DNA of 64,000 bases, taken from contig NC_087436.1 in NCBI RefSeq assembly GCF_036321535.1, positions 11,160,001 to 11,224,000 of the forward strand, read 5' to 3'. Below are positions 24,001 to 35,430 of the stretch, piece by piece. Position 1 is the first letter of the stretch. Every line of letters begins with the position of its first letter. A program made the translations under genes and the position numbers. A model generated the notes under the pieces. It saw only the letters and a program-made list of their open reading frames with translations. It was not told the DNA's origin and ran no database searches. Source of the DNA: Camelus dromedarius (taxonomy: Eukaryota).

Positions 24001-25513
24001 ATAACTCATTTTGAAAAGAGGTGGCCTGAGATCCATGAAAAAACAAAACAAAAGCCTGCAAATGACAACAGGCCCCAGTTAAGAATTACCAGCAAAAAAT
24101 CAAACTGTACAAATTGAAATGTAAAGCACCGAAAGATGTAAAGGCATTAAGACTTCCCTCAGGAGGGCAGTCCTCTAAGAGAAAGGGCAGAGATGGAAAG
24201 GGCTTCGGAGGCACCTTTGCCTGTGACGTAGTTCTTTGGGCGATGGGGTCAGACCTTGTCATTTTCTGGAGATGAGTCGACACCGTCCAGGCCTTCAAAA
24301 GCCTCTGCTGGTGTTTAAATACCCAGAGTACGTCAAACATCACAGAAGCCACTGCCAGTGCTGAGCGAGGTCTGCCGTCGGAGAGACAGAGAAGGAAGGT
24401 CGGGCTTTCATTCGTCCCACGCGGTTACTTTTCAAGCCACGAACAGCGGAACTGAGCCCGATGAGCCTCAGATATCAAAGGAAAACATGCCTGTTTTGCT
24501 GGGAAATTCTCAGAGGGAAAGAACACAGAAAAATTAAGTGTGCCTGTGGTAAGGAAGGAAAGCTGTGGGATACGGAAGGTATTATCTATTTTATCTTCCT
24601 CTTATCCCCTGAAATCATATTGTTTCCAGCCCAAATCACTGCATACCTAGACAGTTGCAAGACTGGTCCGAAGACCTCTCACCTGGGTCCTAACTCCCTC
24701 ACTCCCACGCCTGGTTGTCCCCACTAAACCTACCTCCCACCGCAGGCCACACCAAATACTCTGCTCATCTAAAGCATCACCGAGGTAGCTTTCCCTCTTT
24801 GCTGCAAGACCTCTAATCCTCTGGTGGGTCCCTGTTGTTTAACTGTGCAATTCAGCATTCCCAGTCCTCACCGATTCAGCCTTCTTGGAGGCCGGGTCAA
24901 ATGCCTGGAAATCAACCATGCCTTCCCTCCTTGTGGAAAACCCTCTCAGTGTGTACCATAAACTGGGCACTTACATCGCAGCCTTTGGAGAGACAACTGA
25001 GTTAAGGAGAAGGGTCTACACACTGAGGCTCACATCCCACTTCCTGCCTGTGTGGCCCAAGGCTGATGGTTGAATTTCTCTGTGGTTGAGTTTCCTCCAC
25101 CGAAAAACAGGAAAAGAACAGTGCCCATATCACCGGCTGTGTGTACAGATGACATGATCTGCAGATCAGGCCCTCAGAGCAGCCCGGGACACCCTGAGCA
25201 GTGCCCAGTCGGTCCTGACTCGCGCTCAGTTGCACACACAACACAATACAAATTGCTCAACAATGCCTGAACATTGGACGAAAGAACCAGCAGAAATTAA
25301 ATGGTAATATGGCCAAAGGAAAGATTCTTGTGTTCAACACAGGATATCCTATTAAAATGGAAAATTCCCAAATTATTTAGAGGTGTCTATCATGTTTATG
25401 AATGATGAGATGATATAAAATTCTACTCTGCTCACTTTTTGGCTTCTAGTAATAACATTGAGCCAAACAGAAAAAGAAAGAAAGAGACTGATGGGATAGA
25501 AGAGTCAACTGTC

Positions 25514-25636
25514 GGGGGGCAGGGTATAGCTCAGTGGTAGAGCCACAAAATCCTGGGTTCAATCCCCAGCATCTCCACTAAAATAAAGCAGTCAATCTAA
25601 TTATCTCCCCCCAAAACAAACAAACAAACAAAAAAC
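25514..25636 (+). mobile_element. tRNA-derived SINE (Vic-1-like, internal deletion)
   Basis: gggtatagctcagtggtagagc...ctgggttcaatcccc, tail aatctaattatctcccc. Confidence 0.85.
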
Positions 25637-25772
25637 TTAACTTTTTTTTTTAAAAAGGTCAAAGGTTTATGGACAGACGTCTCTGGTTTACTTGCAGTCT
25701 GTGCAAACCCCTCTCACGGCCTCTCTGCAGATCCTTGCGTCACAGAATCATAAACAACATTCCTCTGAAGAC

Positions 25773-25863
25773 GGGGGGGCGGGGTCTAGCTCAGTGGTAG
25801 AGCGCATGGTTAGCGTGTACAAGGTCCTGGGTTCAATCTCCAGTGCCTCCAATTTAAAAAAAA
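25773..25863 (+). mobile_element. Short tRNA-Ala-derived SINE / retrocopy
   Basis: tRNA-like body ending CCTCCA + A-tail; TSD TTCCTCTGAAGA 25760-25771 / 25865-25876. Confidence 0.88.
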
Positions 25864-27504
25864 GTTCCTCTGAAGATCAGTCACTGTGCTTCCCTCACCA
25901 CGGTGGGAGCCTGGTTTTCCCTGGGGACCCAACGTCCCTCTTAAACTCTTCCAGTGGAAGTGGACAGACCCCTGGTGCATTGAACAGTAGAAAGGGATTC
26001 ACACACATTTCAGCGCCCAAGTTCCGCCAACAATCACCTTTCCCTTATCCATCTCTGCCTTTTGTGATTGTTCTCGTTTTGTTTTAGGCTTATTAAGGTT
26101 CTTTTGTGAATTTATGCCAACCTCTTCCCTTGACCTCCAGAATCCTCACTCACCCGTCCTTGTATTCTATTCTTGGGCTTCATCATATATCTGAAACTAC
26201 CACGTGGGCTGGGAAATTGAGAAAAGTGATCTGCAAAAGCAAAAGAGGAATAAAGCAGATGCTCAAAGGGGGTTCCACTCCAGTCCACGCCACCCTCCAA
26301 AGGCCATGCAGAATCCCTGCATCCTTTGCCTTTAACTCAAGTTTGTTGCAATTGAGTTTCTATTCTAATAGAATGACACTTTTCCGGAATTATTTATTTG
26401 CCTAAATGTAATGTGACCTTTATTTACGGCATGAAATCAATGTCTTACAATGTCTCTGTCTCATTTTTCATTTCAGCAAAATGAGAGGTTGTGTTTAACT
26501 GCTTCCTGGAGTGCTCGGAAAGCACAAGCAATCAATCAGGATGTTGTGTCTCGGAGAAGAAATGTGGGGGACCTTCCCCTGGCCGTCTGGTCCCGTGTTC
26601 TTTCACAAGCACTAATGACTAACTGGAATGTTTCTCGACAGCTTTTTAACTCAGGGCCGGGAAATCCCACTAGCACTGGATTCAAGTTGGACTCCCTTTG
26701 CTAACTGTGAAGCAAGTACCCTAGAGGGTTCAGGGATGATCTGAGCAACTCAGGCTCAAGGCTTGGATGACTGAATCTAGACTGGCATGTTGAGTGTCAG
26801 AGAACCCAGTAACTGCATATCCAGAGGCTCGTCAAACTTGGCAATTAGGGTCCCAGCTAGAGCAAACATCTTATTTTAAGTACCTTCTCCAGTTACTTTA
26901 TACCCCCTGTTATCTTTGACACATCTGATTTCTTTCTAATTTTTAAACTTCAACCTTCATTCTCTAATATGTATCTATTTATTTTACACTATTCAAATAA
27001 ACCCTTTATAGGTAGCCTAAACCCTGAATCCCTTTTCTTAGTTTTCTTTATAGTAAGATTTTGTAATAGTTCCACCTTTACAATGTAACTGTAGTATATG
27101 ACATCTAATCTTCTTTGCAGGGTCTCTCTCCAGATTTGATCCAGTGATAATCCAACTCATAAAATCCAACACATGCAGCCGAGCTCTGGAAAAGACCCAC
27201 AGCTTTTAAGAAGTGCCTGCAAGAAATCTACTTCAAGCGGGTCTCCAGCCAAGAGCCCTGACCTGGGCTGTCCAGCTCTCCCCTTGTGTCATCGTCTTAT
27301 TTTTTCCCTTAGATGGCCTGTCCTTTCCTTGATTTCTGTATAGAACTCTGCATCTTATCTGTGGTGTCATTTTTGTTTCGTTTCTGTTAAAATGCAAAGC
27401 AACACCAGAAGAAAATTCTGCTTGGTTTTATAACCAACCAATCAAACTAAAGCCTCTATGTTCCCTTTCTCTGATTTATCTTCCAAGGAGGATTTTTGTC
27501 TCAC

Positions 27505-27840
27505 TTTTTTAGTAATGTTGAAAATGAAAGTATGAATGAGTCTTGTGGGTTTTATTTTGTTTTTTTGAAATATAGTCCTCTGCTGTCAATAATGAAGATG
27601 CTCTTCCAATTTGCAATATGGTTTCGAGTCCCCAGAGGGTGTTGTTGGACCAACTGGGTGAATAAAAGATTATACCCACAAGAGCCACCTGGTAGGGCAA
27701 CCTCAGAGCATCACTGTGACAGAGCTGTTGGCAATGACTCAGTCTCCCCTAGAACATGCCTCAAACTTCCTCCAGCTCCATAAACTGCACACAAATGCCA
27801 TGCCTCCCCTGTACGCTATCTTAGATTTTCTCTGATGTAA
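27505..27840 (+). repeat. Left arm of ~335-bp inverted repeat
   Basis: Aligns by eye to the reverse complement of 29429-29764 over its full length; 59-bp core 27737-27795 has 1 mismatch. Confidence 0.92.
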
Positions 27841-28149
27841 AAGTCTCCATGTAGTTCCTCAATGACAAAGACATATGACCTCCAGATAGTCATTCTAAAA
27901 GAAAAAAAAAGTACAATATAAAAGAATGTTGATTGAGCTTGAGGTGAAATCATGCTGCTGCTGGCTGGTGGAGGAGGTACTCCATCACTACCATCCCCGA
28001 CCCCTTCTCTGATTGATTTATGGCTCCTAAAGTCCTGCCCTCTCCAAGTCTCCTCCTGTTTTGTGTCCCCTGTGAGTGGCCATGTTTGCTGAGACTGAAA
28101 TGTCATAATGATGGATCACAACCAGACCCTCCATTTGGGGCTAGATGCC

Positions 28150-29430
28150 TGGGATCTGTCATTACGCGCAAGTCTGCTGCTCACTGGATAGGGAAGAGAT
28201 AAATAAGGAAGATGAAATTGCATATTGTTTTATATTCTGCTGTGAGTAAACGAGCACGTAGCCCTGTTAGAATTGGGGTCAGCTATACGGACGCCATGCA
28301 GCCTGTGAATGATGGAAGGGAGCCAGCTAAGGCCCCTCGAAGCCCTGCTCCCGCCTTTCTCTCGATTTTCAAATGCACAGCGGTACCTAAAAAAACCCAT
28401 AAGGCCATCTGACTTAAATTCTATTTCATTTTGCTCACTTCAAGCTCGAACCCTTGACCTGCTCCCCACATCCTCCCACTCACCCAGATCCTGATTCAAA
28501 GATGGTGCCCTGGATTCATCTCAGGCGATACCATCTCCATCTCCAGCAGGAGCCCCAGGAGGACGCTCACTAGGTCTACTTTATCTCTGGTGAATGTCAA
28601 ATCACATTTCAACGCGTCACAGTGAGGAAGCCTTTATCCGTTTTACTGAAGCTGTAAATTTTGTTTTTAAAACCTGCTGAAGCCCGTGCTCCTAGAACCC
28701 TCTGAGAGCAAATGAACAGGTTTCTGCTCCTTTCTCTGCTGTGTCCTGCCGCCGGCCGGACCACCAGCACGCTCCGCGCCGAGAGCGCGTGGGAATTGTT
28801 AGTGGCTTCTGCGGGGAGGGATATTTCTGTTTGTTCCATCTGGATCCATACTTAGCGCGATGCTGTAGCTCGGGAAGGACAGCTGCACATCTAAGGCTGC
28901 AGCTGGGGTTGGGGGAACGGGAGGGGCCTTGGTCTCGCAGCTGCGCAATGGTGACTTTGAATTTCTTGGAGCTGTCTACCTGGGAACTCAGAGCGTGCCT
29001 CTGCCCCACTCCTTGTCAGCACCTCCTTCCTCACCCTCTGTGCGGTGAGCTGACCTCAGCCCGGCTGGATCCTGCTGCCTGTCCCCGTCCACACCCTCAC
29101 CCCGCTATAAGGAACCGCACAGACGATGCTGCCCCCACCCCGTCCCCGCCCAGAACGCAAGATGTACCCTCACACGCCAAATCTCCCTGAATATTCCACC
29201 GACTGGAACAATCTGTTTCCTTTCCTGCCCTGTGAAACCCGACACAGTTTTAAGGACCAGGTCTGTTCAACCGCATCTCCGCCTTTCCTCCTTTCTCCGC
29301 ACTTCTGGGTCACGTTCCTTGTCTGCATCCCTCTCCACGTCGATGCTCAGGATTACCCCGCCTCTCCTAGCACCGGGCACGGTCTTTCCGACACCAGGCA
29401 TACAGAAAAACGTGCTCAAGAAGCTCGCTT
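28150..29430. promoter_or_regulatory. CpG-enriched putative regulatory cassette between the inverted repeats
   Basis: CpG cluster at 28740-28960 (gccgccggccgg, ccgcgccgagagcgcg), CGTGGGAA (RBPJ-type), TGTTTGT (FOX-type), CAGCTG E-boxes. Confidence 0.4.
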
Positions 29431-29764
29431 ACGATGCAGAGAAAGGGGTGATGGGGTACAGGGGAGGCACGGAGTTTGTGTGCAGTTTATGGAGCTGGAA
29501 GAAGTTTGAGGCATGTTCTAGGGGAGACTGAGTGACAGGTGCTCTGTCACAGCAAAGCTCTGAGACTGCCCTACCAGGTGGCTCTCGCGGATATAAACTT
29601 CCATTTACCTAATCAGTCCAACACCACCCTTTGGGGACTTGAGGCCATATTGCAAATCGGAACAGTATGAATATATTATTAACAGTAGGACACTACATTT
29701 CAAAAGCTGAAATAAAACCCACAAGACTCACTCATACTCACATTTTCAACATTACTTTAAAAAA
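29429..29764 (-). repeat. Right arm of ~335-bp inverted repeat
   Basis: Reverse complement of 27505-27840; core 29475-29533. Confidence 0.92.
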
Positions 29765-30049
29765 GAGAAGAAAAATGAGATGACCGGACCACTGATGGTG
29801 GAAATGTTGGTCATGGAAAGATCTCCTTTTTCTGTCCCAATTTTTATTATAAATGATAGCATTGAGACAGAGACCACAGGAACCTTTGTTCCCTCAGCAC
29901 CTAGAAAACCACCTGGGACACGACAGGTCTCAGGTGTTAAGTGGAAAAACTGACAGTAAATCCGTTGATAGGTGCACATGTGTCAAAAGCAACGCTTTGA
30001 GTCACACCCAGAAAGTAGTGCCAACAGCGGAGATGTTGGCCTGGTGTCA

Positions 30050-30500
30050 AATGAATGATTGAATGGGGGCCAAATCATGGAGGTGTTATAAACCACGTTA
30101 AACTTGGGACTCCGTCCTTATATCAACCGGATGTCACTAAAAGTTTTCCAGCTCAGGATTTACATGATCAGATTTCAGTTTAAAAGATGGTACTGGTGAC
30201 AGAGGAGGAAGGGCAGGTGGAGAATGACAGGGACCTTCCACACACGCCCAGGTGGAGATGCACAGGCTACTGGGGAAGAATGAATAATGTGGTTATGGAC
30301 CAAGCTAGACAGGTCCAGAGTTATTGCCAATTTGGAGCTAGAGCAGCTGAGCAGTCAAGGGTGTGTGGTCAGATGCTCTACCAGCAGAAGGGAGGGTTTG
30401 CCAGAGAAGACTGGTCTGGCTTTACATTCTTGTGGAACGTGAGGACTGTGAACATCGCAGTAGAGAAGTCTGGTAGATGATTGATTACTCTGGACAGGAC
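30050..30500 (-). mobile_element. L2 fragment
   Basis: ggggccaaatcatggagg...atgatcagatttcagtttaaaagat motifs. Confidence 0.55.
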
Positions 30501-30537
30501 CTTAGGTCAGAGATCTCTCCCAGAAATCAAGGCACAG

Positions 30538-30994
30538 CTAAGTGGCTGTAAACCAGTGGCCCACAGGCCAAATTCTGTCCACAGACTTTAGTTGGCACTT
30601 TTAAAAAATTTTTGTGTTAGTTCAAACCTAAAAAATGAGAAGACTGCACCTAAAAATGGTAAGATTGAATCCACATCCCCTCAAGCTGGCAAAGAGTGAA
30701 GGCTGAGAAGAGGCTCACCCTTAGGTGGGAGCGTTTCGTCCAGATCGCTGTCACCCTCATTTCCACGATGTCTCCCGTGCCCAGAGCTCCAGGCACCGCT
30801 GTGCTGTTTGCCTGTATGTTCTTCTTAGAACAGGGCTAAGAGAAAAGTGAATCTTTCTTACACTATGATCTCTATTGAAAGCTGGAAAATAAAAGCTATT
30901 GAGGACTGAGTACTTCATGGGGAAAAAAAAAAATTCTTACTCTTGTCCCACATCATGATCTAGCACCTAGAGGCATTTGACGCTGCGACCTCTG
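30538..30994. mobile_element. hAT-Charlie MITE (MER102/MER58-like)
   Basis: aaaccagtggcccacaggccaaattctgtccacaga... start and ...tgcgacctctg end. Confidence 0.5.
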
Positions 30995-32889
30995 ACATGG
31001 TTTCTAAAGATAATTTGAGTTACTGTCATGATATTCAGCTTAGAGGTTCACTGCCCAGAATTTCTGCAGCAGATGGTTCTTTCATAACCCACAGTGGTCC
31101 AGGGAGCAAATTCTGTTCTTCGTGCATCTTTATTTTTGATGCCATAGCAAGCTATTTTCACACCCTTGTTAATTGGTGGTAAGTAATTTATTTATACTAG
31201 AATTGTATGTATTGATATTCTTTTCTGATGAGATCAATAATGAATGCAGATTAGACTGTTACTTAGTGAGGAAGCACTAATCACGAGCTCAGATTAAGTC
31301 ATATTTATTTTAACAATTATAGGACTTGTGAACTTTCAAGAAATACAGCATAGGCTCATTTGCAGAATTCTGAAACCTCCTTAGGTTGAGCAATGACGCA
31401 TATGGTATATGAGGGTGGAGCACAGAATAGCTTTATATATATATAAAATAATTTAAAAAACCCAAGAACTTATTCTGCTTGGACTCAGGTCCTGAATCTG
31501 CCACCCATTTGCTGTTCGTCTTTGGACAAGTTCATTAACTTTTCTATAAAATAGGGTTAAAAAATAGCTGAATAATTTACTACTTAGAACTGTGGAAACT
31601 AATATGCAAAATGTTTTATAAAGCCATATATAACATTTTACAGATTTTAGTTGTGGTTATGTTTTCCGGAGATAATATAAAATAGCATATGTTAAATCTG
31701 CCTCATGCTCAAGCCAACCGTCATCAGCTTTCTTCTGGTTTATTTATACGACAACGGTAGTTGAATGCACTGGTAAAAACGGAGGCTTTTCATTTGATAA
31801 ATACATATTTATGTATACATGGAATATATATATAGGAAAGAAAAGTGTCCTTCTGAACTGTCCTTTCCGAGGCGTCACTTTTTGGCTTCCTTTAGGTAGT
31901 CCTTAACTCTGACTTTACATCTAATAATTTGATACATTTTTCTTAAAAGCCTACCTCTCAGAAAGTTTGTGCAACTTACTAAAAGATGAAAAACAGTACC
32001 AGCGTTGCAAATCAAGTGTGCGCTGTCACCGGGGTGAGAGCAGAGCAAGGGTGCCCCCTAGCGAGGATGCTCTGCCAGTGCACCTCACGGATGGATGACG
32101 TAATGTGCTTACAGGAAGGGGATATTCTCAGCACTAATTTGAGGCGGATGAATTCTGTTGCTCTTTATTTCATATGTTTAAGAAACCTTCATATGTGGTC
32201 ATGGACTGTGATCCTCTTAGCCAGCGACGCAATCAGAGGCTGACTTTTTACTGTAGTATTTCTGGAGTTTCCTTTGTATTCTCCACTGTATCTGAAGTTT
32301 GCTATTAGAAAACAGAGGTGTTTGAAATTGTATTTTGATTTTAGTTTCGTTTAAGTTTCATAAATACATAAATATGAATCATCACTTGTTACTTTGAAGC
32401 GAGGATGTTATGAACTAATAGTTATTGCATACCCACTACATACAAGGCAATGGGCTTTATATAAGTTTCCTCTTATTTAATTTTTATACCAATCAGATAA
32501 TTAACTTCCCCATTTTACTTAAGAGGAAAATGAGAGCCAGAAAGATTATTAGTCGAATTCATGTAAATAGTAAATAAAAGACTGGAAATCAATAAACCTT
32601 TGAGTCCTATTAATTTTTAAGCATTATAAATATATCAATATGTGTACATATGTATATATACTATCTCTGTACTCAAAAAAATTCATTGTCTATGAGGAGT
32701 GATAATCAGTAAACCAAGAATCTCAGCACATCATGTTGATTGATGTGTATGTTACCTCGGAAACTGAGGTAAGCAGGAACAGCTTCCTGGTGGAGGTGAC
32801 ACCTGAGCTTAGATAGGAAGGATGAGTAGAAGTTCACCGGGTGAAGAAGGAAAAAGGTAGGCTGTTCCTCCCTCAGATTAAAGCCCAGA

Positions 32890-33350
32890 TTCTATACTGT
32901 GATAATAGATTGTGTACAGGCACCTCTAATAAACCGAAATACCAGTCTGAAATCAAGGTATCAGCTAGACGGAGTTCTCGTGTGGAGGCTCTGGGCAAAA
33001 TTCACTTCATTCTTGCTCTTGGCAGAACTCAACTGCAACGTACGATTTCCGCCCCCATTTCCTTGCTGGCTGTCAGCCCGGGTCCGCTTGAAATTCTGTG
33101 CCACGTGGTTTCCCTCCATCTTTAAGCCAGCGATGATGTGTCAAGTCCGTCTCACACTTGGAGCTTCTTTTTTTCTGTGACCAGCTGGAGAAAACAGCTT
33201 TTATTAGACTCAAGTGATTAGGTCAGACAACCTCTCTATTTTAAAGTCAAGAGAGCCCTATATGATCATCTAATTATGGGAATAAGTATGCGGATTGTGC
33301 AGATGTGTACACCAGTGGGGTGGGAAATCTTGGAATTCTGCCTACCATCC
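32890..33350 (-). mobile_element. MLT1-type LTR fragment
   Basis: cagtctgaaatcaaggtatcagc...ggaggctctgggc...tgattaggtcagac...gaaatcttggaattctgcctacca. Confidence 0.65.
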
Positions 33351-34449
33351 ATTCTGAACTTGATTTCAGGGAAGAGTGGCAGGCAGAAAATGGCAAAAAA
33401 AAAATCTCTTAGGAACATAATTCTAAAAGGAATAATAAATTGTTTAAGGCTTACTTTCCTAAATAATCCGCTACTGAAATGTCTACTTCCCATGTTAGGC
33501 TTTTTTACTTTTACTGACTTCTTTACTTTTCCTGACTCCTTTGATTTAATTGAAGTTCAAAATACCATAGAAGAACTGAAAGAGATTTACTTGAAATTTG
33601 TTGTCACCTGGGGTTTTGTCTAATAAAGCTGGAGATTGAGCTGTTGATTACACATTTCCAAACAGTACCTCAAAGAGCAGTTAAATATCTGATTATTGGA
33701 TAAATGTCACCCCTCAGAGTCCGCACATCACACCACTTGATAAGCCTGCAAAGCAGGTGAAGGAAGTACTTCTGCTTTACTTTTCTTAAGAACTGCCGGG
33801 GCGCTGACACTAAGTTCGCGCACAGTGAGGCCACTCCCTCCGGGAGCCTCCGTGTCTGTGCCTTTGTTATTTTTATTCACCGTTCATATTTCCAAACATA
33901 CCCATCTATAAAGTACTAAACCTAATGAAAGCATAATAGGTCCCTTTTCTAAAAAGCTATCCATTACATTTCCAAAGACAAGGATTAACTTCAAATATAA
34001 TGGTAAAATAGCAATAAAATATTGATTCAGTTACAAAGAAGGACTGAGTGAAAATGACAGTGAACAGACCGTCTCCAAGTTAAGGTATTTCGTATTTGAT
34101 TATAATTTCTATTATTCTGGCCTATTCGTCTCTTCAATCTGTTGTATTTTTAATGCAAAACAGCCTCAATATTATATTATAACAGTTCGCTCAGTTTTCC
34201 CAAGGACTGAAATAAGTGTTGCATTTTCCAATAGCACATTTTTTTCTGTTAAAAGACGTGCTTATTTTTTACACTTTACAGCAGTTACTATATAGAGATT
34301 ATTTTAATCATTTGTAAACAAAAAATCTTTTAAAATGTGCTGTTTAAATTAGTTCAAACTTTTAAAAGTGGAAATACAATTTAGAAAGGAAACATTTTCA
34401 GTCTTATTTGGTGATAAACAAAATTTAAAAATACTTAAGAATGTGGTAT

Positions 34450-34574
34450 GGCAGGAAGATATAGCTCAGTGGTAGAGTGCATGCCTCACACGCATGAGGT
34501 CATGGGTTCAGTCTCCAGCACCTCCATTAAAAAATAAACAAATAAACCTAATTCTTTCCTCTCCCCAAATAAAA
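34450..34574 (+). mobile_element. tRNA-derived SINE (Vic-1-like)
   Basis: tatagctcagtggtagagtgcatgc...gggttcagtctccagcacctcc, aaacctaatt tail. Confidence 0.85.
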
Positions 34575-34580
34575 GGCGGT

Positions 34581-34620
34581 ACCACTTTTTTTATAAACCA
34601 CTTTTTTTATAAACCACTTT
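34581..34620. repeat. Short ~16-bp tandem repeat (accacttttttttataa x ~2.5)
   Basis: Directly visible. Confidence 0.7.
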
Positions 34621-34955
34621 GTTGGGATATAATTCACATACCATACAATACATCCTAGTGCATACCACAAATAAATAAATATATATATATATTTAAAGTG
34701 CACAATTCAAAGACTTTTGATACATTCACAAAACTCTACAACAATCTACACAGTCATTTTTTGAATATTTTCAGCACCCCAAAAAGAAGCCACGTATTTC
34801 TCACCAAACCACCCTGCCCTAGGCAACCACCAATCTACTTTCTATCTCTATGGGTTTGCCCATTACGGACATTTCATGTAAACGGAATCATATAATACAT
34901 GGGTTTCTGTGATTAGCTTCTTTATCAATATTTTCAAGCTTATCCATGTGTTAGC
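34615..34955 (-). mobile_element. Old L1MB-type 3' end
   Basis: gatataattcacataccatacaat...ccctaggcaaccaccaatctactttctatctctatgggtttgcc. Confidence 0.75.
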
Positions 34956-35194
34956 AAGGGTCATTCGTGCAGGTGGTACCACTTTTAGCTTTTAATTATC
35001 TTTTAAAGTTTACCAATGTGATATTTGTGACATGGCCCTCTCTTTATTACTAGTATCTTAGTTTTATAAAGGAATTTGATAATATGTGCCAAGAATCTGA
35101 AGGAATCCCTTCTTAACCAAACTTTAATTGGGATCCTCTGAGCGATATTTTTTTTTCATAGAAAGATTTTAATTTTTCTCATGAATTCATTTAA

Positions 35195-35430
35195 ATGTAT
35201 TTCTTTATTGACCTACAGCACTGTGTTATTTCCAGGAACACAACACAACACAGTGTTTTGATCTTACTATGTGTTGCAAAATGGTCACACTAATGTCTAG
35301 GTACCATCTCTCACCATACAAGGATAGTACAATGTTCTTGACTATATTTCTCACACTGAACATTTCATCCCTGTGAACTCATCTACTCTGTGACTGGAAT
35401 TTTGTACCTCTTAATGTCCCTCATGTATTT
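35195..35430 (-). mobile_element. L1MA-type 3' end fragment
   Basis: taccatctctcaccataca...ttgactatatttctcacactgaacatttcatccctgtga. Confidence 0.65.

Noticed and set aside
28692..29531. Overlapping 99-149-aa ORFs as a gene
   Set aside because: Explained by high GC content; mostly non-ATG starts and no recognisable domain
27505..29764. Inverted-repeat unit as an intact DNA transposon
   Set aside because: No transposase ORF, no clear TSD, and identity peaks internally rather than at the termini; a very old non-autonomous element is not excluded
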